A DNA stretch of 63,923 bases, counting the filler, from Octopus bimaculoides (taxonomy: Eukaryota), in NCBI RefSeq assembly GCF_001194135.2. It is 6 parts of 5 records of this genome, joined end to end, with 100 filler letters (N's around TTAATTAATTAA, not from the genome) between each part and the next. Parts side by side here need not be neighbours in the genome. Positions count along the whole stretch, not along the records: positions 1 to 20,322 come from NC_068987.1; 5 more parts are not named here. One strand, written 5' to 3'. Below the pieces are notes generated by a model. It saw only the letters and a program-made list of their open reading frames with translations. It did no database searches and was not told where the DNA came from. The translations under genes and the position numbers were made by a program. Below, in pieces: positions 1-10,594 of the stretch (the first letter of the stretch is position 1; each line of letters starts with the position of its first letter).

Positions 1-1087
1 GCGCCCGCTCTGGTCCACCAAAGACCAAATGGTCACTCTGTTGCCACGCTTCGCGTCCGATACGCGGGCCTATCGAGTGGCCTTAGTCCCCTCCCCGCTT
101 ACTGAATGTGCCTTAGCTCTGACAACGCAGCCTTCGTGTTTGGTATCAAAGTGTTGGTCGAGGGCCAGCTTAGCCGCTAACACGTCAGTTGCGATGCCTG
201 TCCTAAGAGCCTCGTCTAGTTTTCTAACTAAATCCCGCTCTGTTTTCTCTCGTTCTACAGCTAGAGTCTTACTAAACCTAATAGATTCTGCTCTAATTGC
301 CCTCTTGAGGACAAACCACCGGGTGTTATTGATGATTGTCCCCGTTAAGGCCCGCTTACCTAATAAACTAATCCGATCTCTGTAAGCTTTGCATGCAATT
401 AACGACGCGTTTAGCTTCCAGTAACCTGGACCCTATCTATGGAGCCTATCTAAGACAACCGTACAGATCACGAATTTGTGGTCTGTATAGCCGACTACAC
501 GGAATTGTGGACACCCTAAGCTGTCCTTATCCGCTGGCCTACAGAAAACTCTATTTAAGTACGATCTAGACGATCCGATGCAATTAGTCCAAGCCCACAT
601 TGGCACATTCGGGTTGTCTAGTCGATACCTGTCAGACAGCTGAAAGCGTCTGAGCAGGTTAGCGAGGCTCTTGCACCCCCTCTCCTATCAGTTGTTCCCA
701 CGCCCATCCGATCGAAACGTTCCTCTAAGACAGCGTCCTAATCCCCAACCAGCACTAAAGTGCGAGACATGCCCAGGAAAACCTCCAGACGCTTGAAATA
801 ATCTGACTGCCCTGCTTCTATCGGAGCGTAGGCAGCCAGTAGTCTGAAGGCCCCACCGTCACTACTGTCCACGTCCAGGACAACCAACTTACCCTCTGGA
901 TCCAGGAAGACTGCCTTTATTTTCAAATTCAGGCCTTTCCGAAATAGCACCGCAGCACCACCACCGTCTGCTTCCGGCCGACACGGAGATAGAAAAATAT
1001 TGTATTCGCCNNNNNNNNNNGGTGACCTTGTTTTCAAGGCGACGCGAGCCCTCTCACATTTATGCTACCGATTCTGAACACAACTAT
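1..1087 (-). pseudogene. L1/Tx1-clade LINE copy A, ORF2 APE endonuclease plus linker (decayed; runs off the window start)
   Basis: Minus-strand translation gives RIGSINVRGLASP*KQGH, GAAVLFRKG, FRLLAAYAP, LVLVGD(WNAVL), DHKFV and GPGYWKLNAS, the motif order of a Tx1/L1 AP endonuclease. Stops, frameshifts and one 10-N gap are present. Confidence 0.9.
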
Positions 1088-1123
1088 GTTTCAAAAAAAA
1101 TTATGAAGGAGAAAAAAAAAGCT

Positions 1124-1860
1124 CTACTTACCGCCGATGTCTGGTGGGGTGGCTCCTTTGTGCTTTTGTGCGAGTATTTCCACCAGATTTTTATAAAGTA
1201 TTTTGAAAAACTTCTTCTGAGCGACCCAACATCGTTTGGAAATTTGTTTTTTTATTTTCTTGTAGTTTTCATTAGATATTTTAAATGTAAGTATGTGTGC
1301 TGGTGATGTGTTGTGTGTGGATATGACGAAATCTGATATTTTCGTGTCTGTATTTTCTTTCAAGTATGTGACTAGGTGTTCATTGTTTGTGTTTATTGCT
1401 GTAACGTTGGTATTCGTGGTGGTGGTGTCTGTGTATTGGTGTTTGTGGTGGTAGTGCTGGAGAAGGTGTTGTTGAATGTTGTTGCTGTTGTTGTTGGGAA
1501 GCTCTAGTTTTTCGCGCCTCCCTCACTTTGACTGTTGTCTCTTTACTCTTCTTTCGTTTCTTTTTTCGGTGGTACTGTGTGCCACTCCCCTTTCTCGTTA
1601 TCAGTGCTCGCACTATCCGAGCTGATTTGGTCGGGAAAGGGAATGTCCTTGGGGCTCATTATATTGTTTTGTGATGCAGTTTGTTGTCGAAAATGGTGTT
1701 GTTGTTGGTGGTGGTGGTGATGGTAGTATTGTTTTGTTTGGTGTCATCGTTGTTGGTCTGGTGATAGTTGTAGGTGGTGGTGTTGGTGGTGCGGAAACTT
1801 TCGTTTTTTTTTTGTTTCCGCTGCATCTCCTATTGTTGTTGTTGCTACTGCTGCGGCACT
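1124..1860 (-). pseudogene. Tx1 copy A ORF1 C-terminal part
   Basis: Lies directly upstream of ORF2. The ORF at 1124-1363 (DFVIS..LTFKISNENYKKI..CW..KK..LVE) aligns by eye with the segment upstream of ORF2 in copy B (DFIFK..LLKTSSDNS..CW..KK..LVE). Low-complexity T/Q/H-rich sequence lies further upstream. Confidence 0.7.
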
Positions 1861-2923
1861 GGAGATGTTTCTGACGACTTCTTTTTCCTCTCCTGTCCCA
1901 TCTGACAGTACATCTATGCCTTAGAGTTTATCTCGAACCGGTAGCACTGCCAAGCCAAGGACATCTGGAAATTATCTACCGTAGTTCCCGACCGCAAAGT
2001 TCTCAGGAACAGAGTAGCTAGTTCGTTTCTGTCAATGCCCAGGGTCTCCCCGAGCATGTTATCGCAATTCCCCTCCACTAATCTTCTATATATTGCTAAA
2101 GTAGAACATCGTCGTCTCAGTTCTTATCCACCTGGAGGTTGGGACCAAAACAGACCCCAAGCAATTTAACAAGTCCTTTAGTTCAGTGCCCAACAACGCC
2201 GTTCGACAGTATCGACCTGCCTCTCCAGGCCCTCAGTTGCAAGCCCACCGACTTGGCGTTGATTTTGGAAACGTCCGACATCATGACGGTGACGTCGTCT
2301 GCGTATGCCGACACAGCACTCTCGTGCTCCAGTTCGAAAGGAATGCCCCTCAACTGTTCCAAGTTCCACGGTAGTGGCTCGAGAGCCAGAAAGTACAGAG
2401 GAGGTGACAACAGGTAGCCCTGATGAACTGAGCGTGCAATGCGAACCAGTTCCGATGGGTGGTCATTTACTTTGACCACAGAGCAAGTGCCGCTGTGCAT
2501 TGCAGCGATCCAGCCTCTGAAAACAGGTCTGAAACTGGGCTTCCAAATAGTGGTGGTTGATTCCATCGAATGCTTTGAGCTAATCCAAATTGATCAGGGT
2601 CCCACTGAAGCCAGCTTTAGTCCTAGTCCTATCTATGATGTATCGCATAAAGTGGAGGCTGTAGTGGATTGATCTGTTCAGGATGGAGCACTTTTGCACT
2701 TCCTCGACCAGTCTACCGAGGACAAGTGTCAACCTTTTCGTTTAACGCCTTGGCCAAAATCTTAAAGTCTGTGTTTAGAAAATTTATGGGCTGAAAATTA
2801 ACATTCACATTATTGATGTCCTTCTTCAGCAGTGTTACCACCCCAGCTAACAGCACTAGGAATTCTCCCGCTCTGCTACCAGTTACGGTAGACGTCTGCC
2901 AAAAGGCCGCCAAGTAAATCTGG

Positions 2924-3336
2924 TGTAGTAACGCCGTGCGCATGCGTAGTCTCATTCATGCGTGGAATTAAACAACCAAGCGTTCCCGCTTCTATTCTAT
3001 CTCTTTCTCGGTCGGCCGGCCATGAGCATGGACGTGTCAAGCAGTGTCTCCAGCATTCCAACTCTAGAGACAGTCTCTTTACGTGTTTAGCTGTCTCTCT
3101 TCATCTTTCAAACTTACGCTCGACAGCTCGCTTACATCTACATACCAAACATCCCAACAACAATGCTCACACACACAGAAGCTGTAACAACAAACAAGAG
3201 CTAAAGATGTATATATTTACCACCTGAATAAATGTTGTTTAAGTTGATAGTCTGGAGTTCAGCGTTCCGTTATATTTCTAATTTTATATAGGAAAGTCAG
3301 GTATACATCTAATGATGTATAACCAACTTTCCTATA
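2924..3336 (+). mobile_element. Solo-LTR-like insertion 1 (~413 bp)
   Basis: Starts TGTAGTAACG and ends CCTATA. A 4-bp direct repeat CTGG lies at 2920-2923 and 3337-3340. It splits the LINE RT frame (FM-P|PDLLGG) and has an internal AATAAA. Homologous to 3936-4322. Confidence 0.75.
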
Positions 3337-3935
3337 CTGGCATGAACAAATATAATTCATAGGACAGACCATCCAACCCGGGTGATTTGAAACTTGTGCA
3401 ATCACTCATCACCTCTCATATTTCAGTGGCTGCTCTCAGCTTTTCATAGAACCGCACGTCCACTACTGAAAGCTGCAGCAGGCCATCCAGGTACGAACTA
3501 AAGTCCGTTACTGTTGTCAACCCATCACACTCCCCAAACATCCGCTTGAAGTGTGGCTGGAAAGTTGCTCACATCTACTCGTAACTGAGTAGTACTCACC
3601 CGTTTCGATCTGTCAAAGACCTAATCGTGATTTTCTTGTCACGATGTGTCCCCAATGTTTGGACCCATCAGACGGCTTTAATTCTTTCGTGTTTGAGTGC
3701 ATTGGCCTTAGCTCTGACAACAAAGCCTTCGTGTTTCGCCTCAAAGAAATGTTCAAGGGCAATTCTCGCTGCTAGCACGTTGGTCGCGATGTCTTTAGTA
3801 GTCGCCTCTTCTAGTTTGCTAACTAGTTCTCCCTCTAATCTATTTCTTTCTATTACTAACTCTGCTAAATGTTATCAATTCTACTCTAATCGTCATCTTC
3901 AGGGCGATCCACCACCAGTTGTTGACGATTACTTC

Positions 3936-4322
3936 TTTAGGAGAGTGGGTTATATATCTTTAGATATACACCTAACTCTCCTACATTAAATTGGAAGAGA
4001 ACTGAACGCAGAAACTCCAAACTGATCAACAACAACAAATATTTATTGTTCGGTGGAAAATAAAACAGCTTCTAATTGTCCGGTTTTAGAGTAGCCTGAA
4101 ATGTAGATGTACGGTTCTTCGAGCTGGTGTCGTTATAGAGACAACTTGGTTCAACCACACTCAAATGGGAGAGCTTGCTTAGACGTCTTGCTTGTTCGCT
4201 GTCTGGCTTGGTAAGAGACCGTCTAATAGTGGGAACGCTTCGATGTTTTAAACCCACGCATGCGTGGTTAAGGATTCAGTAATGGCGCCTATGCTTTTTG
4301 GCGCCAATATGACGTCACTACA
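3936..4322 (-). mobile_element. Solo-LTR-like insertion 2 (~387 bp), same family in opposite orientation
   Basis: The minus strand starts TGTAGTGACG. It shares CATGCGTGG..AAGCGTTCCC, the AATAAA block and the terminal hairpin with insertion 1. Flanks CTTC/CCTC are an imperfect 4-bp TSD. LINE homology to copy A resumes on both sides. Confidence 0.7.
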
Positions 4323-5162
4323 CCTCCATCAACTGCTGTTTAACTAGTTCACTAATCCGGTCCTCGTAGTCTTTGCATGCTGATAAGGATGTGTTCAACT
4401 TCTAGTTACCAGATCCCTGGTCTACAGGTCTTATCTAAATCGGCTGTGCAGATCACAAATTTATGGTCTGTGTAGCCGACCAATTTGAATAGTGGACAAC
4501 CTACTCTATCACTATCCTCTGACCTAACAAATACTCTATCTAGATATGATCTGAATGCTCCGTCGTGGTTGCTCCATGATGTGGCACATCAGAGAAATCC
4601 ATTTGGTACCTGCCAGACAACTGGAAGTTTCCGAGCAGGTTTTTGAAGCTTTTACACCCACTTCGGCTATGTACTTGACTCACACAGTCCTTCTGTGCAT
4701 CCACAATATTTCAGTCCCCACTAGTACTAAAGTGCAAGACGTTCCCAAGAATGTTTCTAGACATCTGAAGAAATCTGACCTTCCAGCCCCTGTTGGGGTA
4801 TAAATGGCCACCAGTTTAATGGCGCCACCTTCGCTGCCATTCAAGTTCAGGGCCACAACTTTACCATCCGGGTTCAAGAAGATTGCTTGTACTTGGATGT
4901 CTAAAGATTTCCAGAATAGTACTGCTACACCATCACTCACTCTCGATAGACGACAAGATGAGAATATTTCCTAGGCTTAGAAAATAAAAGCTAGAGCATG
5001 CTTTCTGGAAATTATTGTTTCACTAATGGCGACCATATGTAAATCAAGTGACTTGAAATTGTCGTGTAAGTGGCCTTGCTTCCACGGTGACCCCAGGACA
5101 CGCACATTCACACACCGCACTCTCAACACATTCATGCTAATCAGAGAAAGGAAAAGAGGAGG

Positions 5163-6850
5163 TCACTCACCTTGATTTTTGAGAAGCCCAGATGTTCCAG
5201 ACCTCTCTACTAATGAATGTTTTCTAAAAGCTTCTTGTCTGTTGTCTTTTTTAAAATTCCAACACTAGCTGTGAATTTTTTACGAATTGTCTGAGGATGT
5301 TTTTAGTAATAATCTGTTCTTTGGGGTTTTGAAGATGAAATCCTCAAATTCCTTTCCTTCTGTTTCAATTTTGTTTTTGTTTTGATTTACGAAATCCACC
5401 AATTAACTGTTGCTTTTGTTTACAACAGTGAAATTGATGGATACATTCTGCATACAGTTGGAAGTATTTTGTTGTTTTTGCAATTTATTATTGGTTGTTT
5501 CTGTGTTTTCTTGTTGTTGATGATGTTGCTGTTTTGTTGGAGTGGTTGTGAATTGGGCTGCAGTTTTTGTGTTTGTCTTTGCTGTGTTCTTGGACTAGGG
5601 CGATTTATTCTCCTCCTCTTTTGCATGCCCTCATTTGTTACAGTGATCTAAGTTTTGGCATGCTCTTCTTTCTCCATGTCACTTCTGTCATTATTGGTTT
5701 GAGGAACAGGGCATTCAAGAAGAGCTTGCTTTTCCATAGGGGTTGGGAGTAAGCCCTTTCATTGTCATGGCTGGATGTAGTTGGAGTCTTTAGCTTTTTC
5801 TCTTGTTTTTGTGTTTGTGGTATTAGCAACAGTGGATGGTTTGTTTTCTTTGGGGACAGAAAGCCTTTAGGTGAGTAATAGATCCACATATGTGGTATCA
5901 TGGTTTCCTACCCTCTACTATCACTGATAGTACCATTCAAGAGGTACTTCATCAATATATGGTTGGTTAGTTTGTATGGTCAGTTCCATACCTATACCTG
6001 ACCAGTTTTATAGCAATATTTTCTTTACCTCCAAGATAGTCACCTCTTCCTCTATAGCCACCAAGGTGACTGCTACTATTCAGGTAATGAATATTTCTGG
6101 TGGCATGTTTATTACCCTAACTTTAGCTAGGCATTGGTCACAATAGCTAAGTATTAAGAAGAATTATTCATTTCTCAATGTCATTGCAAAATGGATCCTG
6201 GCTTCTTCTTCAGTCCAAAATCTCACTTCAATCAACCTAAACTTCTTTCCTTGAGTGGTATGGGTCTTGTGTTCCCACATGTACCCAAGGTGTTTTGAAT
6301 TTGGGCCTCAGTTGCATTTTCCACCTGGTGCAATTTTGCACTGATGCAGCAGTATGTAACTGCCCATCTCAAAATGTTTCTGACCACCTTGGGTGGAGGG
6401 TTGAGAGCTACTCCTCTCATTTCTTTTTTACAATTTTTCTGGTTCTAAATCTTCTTTTTCTTTGAGGTTTATCATAGGTATTGTTGATGTTGCTGTAGAT
6501 GTCAATGTTGTTGTTGTTGATGTTGTTACTGGAACTGTCAAATTGTTGATTTTCTGAACTGTCAAATGTTTTGAAGCTGTTAACAGACAAAAACGGTTAT
6601 CTTCTGTGTTTGTTTTATCTGGTGTGGCAGTGATGTCATTTACTGTAGTCAATGCTCCACCAGTATTCTCTTGCTTTTCGAACAAGGAATGTGTCCTATC
6701 ACCGAACATTATCATTAGATCTTTCTTTACCATGTTCCAAAATATTTGGAAAATAGCAAAATATTTGCTTTTTCCAAATAGTTCAAGAAAGTTAAAAATT
6801 ATTGATGTGCACTCCCTGCAAAACAGAAATACTACCAGCACAGTTCAGGC
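5163..6850 (-). pseudogene. Tx1 copy B ORF1 (decayed, CCHC zinc knuckle)
   Basis: Frameshifted pieces include AKVRVINMPPEI and the knuckle relic YHICGSITHLKAFCP (C-x2-C-x4-H-x4-C with the first C mutated) near 5850-5895. Ends QGE* at 5163, just before the ORF2 ATG. Confidence 0.7.
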
Positions 6851-7049
6851 AATGTTAAAAACAAGGCTGTATCAATTAAAATTAATGAACCAGGACTTAA
6901 CAGGCTGAAATGATTGAAATCACACTTACGACTTATGGAGCTTCAAGTTTCCGTGTCTTTCCAATATGGCAGCTGCAATAATAAAAATAATAACAACAAC
7001 AACAATAATTTCTCAACATACCTACACAAGTCAACATACCTACACAAGA

Positions 7050-8500
7050 AAACTGTATACATGTCTTTCAATCAATCAAGTGATACTGAACTGTTTATTC
7101 TGAGTGGTTGCAGAAGACTTTGTATACTTAGGTGGTTGGGTGAGCAGTTTGGAAGCAGACTCACCACATGTCATGTCTGATTGTTTGAAATCAGGAAGTG
7201 ACATGTTATATATTGGAGTTCAGAGATAACTGGGGGAATCCGTTGTTGCTATGGTGGGAAATGGTGTTGCAGTGTCTGTTGTTGTTGGATTTTCTGTTGA
7301 TATTGTAGTTTGTGTTATTGCTTTTTGGGCTTTGGTGGCTGTTATTTGTGGATATCTTGGTACTGTGAGAAGAGAGGGTCTCTTCTCTTCCTCTTTCAAT
7401 GTTGGGAAAAAGGCTCCTAGGTGTGTTGTTGAAAGGCAGATGTGCCACTTGGCCTTTCTTTCATCCACTCTAATGGGCATGATGATGCCACTCAGGAGAT
7501 GTATCTGATCTGGGATAGCATCTACATTATTTTGACTGGTTTGGATGAGGAGTTCTATTCTCATTACCTATCAGTTCTTTTTCTTGGTCAGATAGATATC
7601 AACAATTTTTGTTTTCTTCACTGTCTACCATGACAGCAGCAATTTGCCAAGGAATGGCTATTTCTGGAGGCACCTACTGGACACAGATTCTTGCTAGTCT
7701 CTGGCTGCAGTAGTAAGGAACTAACAAGAAATCCTCATTTTTCAGGGGTTTTAGGAGTTTTTGTTTCCTCTTCTGTTTCAGATCTTATTTCCACTGTTCC
7801 ATAACCCCTTCCTCTTTGTATCTAAATGGAACCTGATGCTTCTTGGATTTGAGCCTCAGTGGCTATTCCCAGCTTTCTCAACTTTAATCCAATAATATGG
7901 TACATCACTGTGTACAGTATTTTGGATAATATCAGCTGTGGTGTTGTGTTTGATGGTTAGTCCATCTTCCTCACTTGACTGACTGTCTGCCCATTTTGAC
8001 TTCATCAGAGTAGTTTACTCTTTAAAAAGAGAATTTGGTGGCATTAGTGAAAGAGAGAGACTGGTCTTTTGGTTTGTTGGTCTGTTCTTTCATTGTTGCT
8101 GCTTTTGTTGTTGTTGATTATGGTTTTGTTGTAAAAATTGTTTTTTTGTTGTAACAATAGTGTTGACATTGTTGTTGATGTTTTTGGTATCTAATTTTGA
8201 GATGAAGTTTCTATTTTTCTGACATGTTGCAGAGCCTCCAAGAAAACTTTTATGATTGTTCCGTCAACTATCAATATGGAACTTGTAGAATTTTCCTTCT
8301 TTTTGGCTCCTTGAATCTACAAAGGTATTGTAAAAGTATTTATGTTGCTGTATAGTCAAGAGGTCAATGTCTTGAAAGTTTTTCTAATTGTCACACATTG
8401 ATTTCTGCAGTTTGGAACTACCATAAAGATGAGAATTTCCATTTTAGGCCATTTTCAGAGGATGAACATTGATATTTAGAGTTGTTTTAAATGCTGTAGT
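7050..8500 (-). pseudogene. Tx1 copy C ORF1 fragment
   Basis: RLARICVQ*VPPEI and WHICLSTTHLGAFFP are homologous to the copy B ORF1 motifs. No ORF2 is attached. Confidence 0.6.
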
Positions 8501-8985
8501 TTTACATTTCTATACTCACTATCAGGTGTATTTTTTGAATATACATAGTTTTTTATAGTTTCGACTTAGTGATAAGAAGTTATCCTAGTTANNNNNNNNN
8601 NNNNNNNNNNNNNNNNNNNNNNNNNNNNNNNNNNNNNNNNNNNNNNNNNNNNNNNNNNNNNNNNNNNNNNNNNNNNNNNNNNNNNNNNNNNNNNNNNNNN
8701 NNNNNNNNNNNNNNNNNNNNNNNNNNNNNNNNNNNNNNNNNNNNNNNNNNNNNNNNNNNNNNNNNNNNNNNNNNNNNNNNNNNNNNNNNNNNNNNNNNNN
8801 NNNNNNNNNNNNNNNNAAAATTTTCAAGAATTGCCATGTAAATTTGAAGAAAGGTCTTAGGACCTTCACAACAGACCCGTGTTAGATATCACTGGAATCA
8901 CCCTAATCATAGTAAAACGTCCAAATTACATTTACTTGAGGTCTCTTGGTGGAACTTGGAACAGCTCATATAAAACAAAGTAACA

Positions 8986-9153
8986 ATCATCATCATCATC
9001 ATCGTTTAATGTCCGCTTTCCATGCTAGCATGGGTTGGATGATTTGACTGAGGACTGGTGAAACCAGATGGCTACACCAGGTTCCAATCTGATTTGGCAG
9101 AGCTTCTACAGCTGGATGCCCTTCCTAACGCCAGGATGCCCTTCCTAACGCCA
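8986..9153 (-). mobile_element. SINE/RTE-type 3' tail ending in (GAT)n
   Basis: Minus strand reads TGGCGTTAGGAAGGGCATCC...GCATGGAAAGCGGACATTAAACGATGATGAT, with a 20-bp internal duplication. The same tail is on the plus strand at 18416-18459. Confidence 0.7.
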
Positions 9154-9171
9154 ATAACATAAATAATAGTA

Positions 9172-9380
9172 ATCCTTTCTACTAAAGGAACGAGGCTTGA
9201 AATTTTGTGGGAGGGGACTAATCGATTACATTGACCCTAGTGTTTCACTAGTATTTAATTCATCAAACCCGAAAGGATGAAAGGCAAAGTTAACCTTGAT
9301 GGAATATGAACTCAGATCGTAAAGATGGACGAAATGCTGCTAAGCATTTTACCTGCTGTGCTAATGATTCTGCTAGTTCA
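9172..9380 (-). mobile_element. tRNA-derived SINE family A
   Basis: Reverse complement of the family seen more intact at 58365 and 61906 (head GCTGGCAGAATCGTTAGCA, B-box-like GAGTTCAAATTCC, core CTTTGCCTTTCATCCTTTCGGGGTCGATAA). Confidence 0.8.
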
Positions 9381-9402
9381 ATAATAATAATAATAATAAT
9401 AA

Positions 9403-9630
9403 TCCTTTCTACTATTGGCATAAGGCCTTATGTTTTTAGAGGAGGATGGTAGGCAATTATATTGACCCCAGTACACAACTGATACTAATTGACCCTGAAG
9501 AATGAAAGACACAACTGATACTAATTGACCCTAAAGGATGAAAGACAAAGTTGACCAAGTTGACCTTGGCGGAATATGAACTCAGAACATAAAGACAAGT
9601 GAAATACAGTTAAGTGTTTTGTCCAGAAGA
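9403..9630 (-). mobile_element. SINE family A with an internal ~32-bp tandem duplication
   Basis: Same core. ACACAACTGATACTAATTGACCCT..GAATGAAAGAC occurs twice. Confidence 0.75.
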
Positions 9631-10109
9631 CTAATAATAAATCTAACACTTTACATTACTGTTATCCTTTATTTTCAAAACCTGGAAATATTTTTCTTCC
9701 ATCTCACCAACTTGATGTGCTTTGTAGTCAAAATAAATTATTGCTTTTTACTTTCCAGAAACAAAATAAATTATTGTTTTTTTACAGCATGCAACTTTGA
9801 GTGTAATGACAAGACGACTAGATTTTCAGGTTTATTGGTTAAACCAAAGACATTTCCATATGATCAAAATCAAACTGGTTTGGCAATTGTTTATTTGGTA
9901 GTGCATATCATAAAGCCAGAAGGATTTTGATTGCAGGAGTCTCTATATAGAAGAGGTGGCAACATACGATGCTTTTGAAATAGTATTTGGATCAGCAATG
10001 GTCAGAATGGCTTTATAATGTTATGACATAATCTCTTTAATGAAAATTGGACAAAACAGAGAACACAGTTGCAAAAATTAAAAAGTAAAAGAGAAAAAGA
10101 GAAAAAAAA

Positions 10110-10440
10110 ACAAAAACAAAATAATTCACCAACTTGGGTTGAAAAGTTGGGGGCGCTGGGAAACCTCTCCAATGGCTATTGAGACACGCCAGCACGCTTA
10201 CAGCGTTGCCGCGGGTGATAGCGCGGCTAATGCGCTGGAACAGCCTAGCGCTCTCACGAGCTTCACCAGTTACCTCTGCAAGGCGAGTTGCCAGTGAAGA
10301 CAGGAATCTCGCAGTTAGTGGTCCGAACCCACCAAACGTCACGAACGCCACAGGATGGAAAATGTAGTTAGCTGACAGATTGCGGTATTTCAAGATTTTG
10401 TTCCGCTCGGCCGTAGAAGCTGTGGATCTCGCCCTGACAG
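10110..10440 (-). mobile_element. CRE-clade non-LTR retrotransposon 3' end (RLE C-terminus)
   Basis: AAVRARSTASTAERNKILKYRNL..FHPVAFVTFGGFGP..LATRLAEVTGEARESARLFQRISRAITRGNAVSVL matches the K..KY / F.P.A.E..G / QRIS.AIQRGNA pattern of CRE-like elements. An A-rich tail follows. Confidence 0.8.
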
Positions 10441-10477
10441 CAGCAGGGTTTGATATTAAGTTATTCTAATCAGGATA

Positions 10478-10594
10478 AACGAAAGGATGAAAAGCAAAGC
10501 TAACCTCGGCGGAATTTGAACTCAGAACGTAGAGATGGGCGAAATGCCGCTATGATTTCACTCGGCCTGCTAATGATTCTGCCAGTTTGCTGCC
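10478..10594 (-). mobile_element. SINE family A, 5' half
   Basis: Reverse complement GGCAGCAAACTGGCAGAATCATTAGCA...TCTGAGTTCAAATTCCGCCGAGG. Confidence 0.75.

Larger units (their letters stand above)
1862..5135 (-). pseudogene. Tx1 copy B ORF2 (endonuclease plus reverse transcriptase), 3'-truncated and interrupted by two LTR-like insertions
   Basis: ATG at 5135 (MNVLRVRCVNVR). EN motifs GVAVLFWKS, KLVAIYTP. RT motifs KSPGLDGLSYELY, PINFLNTDFKILAK, SVHQGYLLSP, SAYADDVT. The reading continues across both insertions. Confidence 0.9.
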
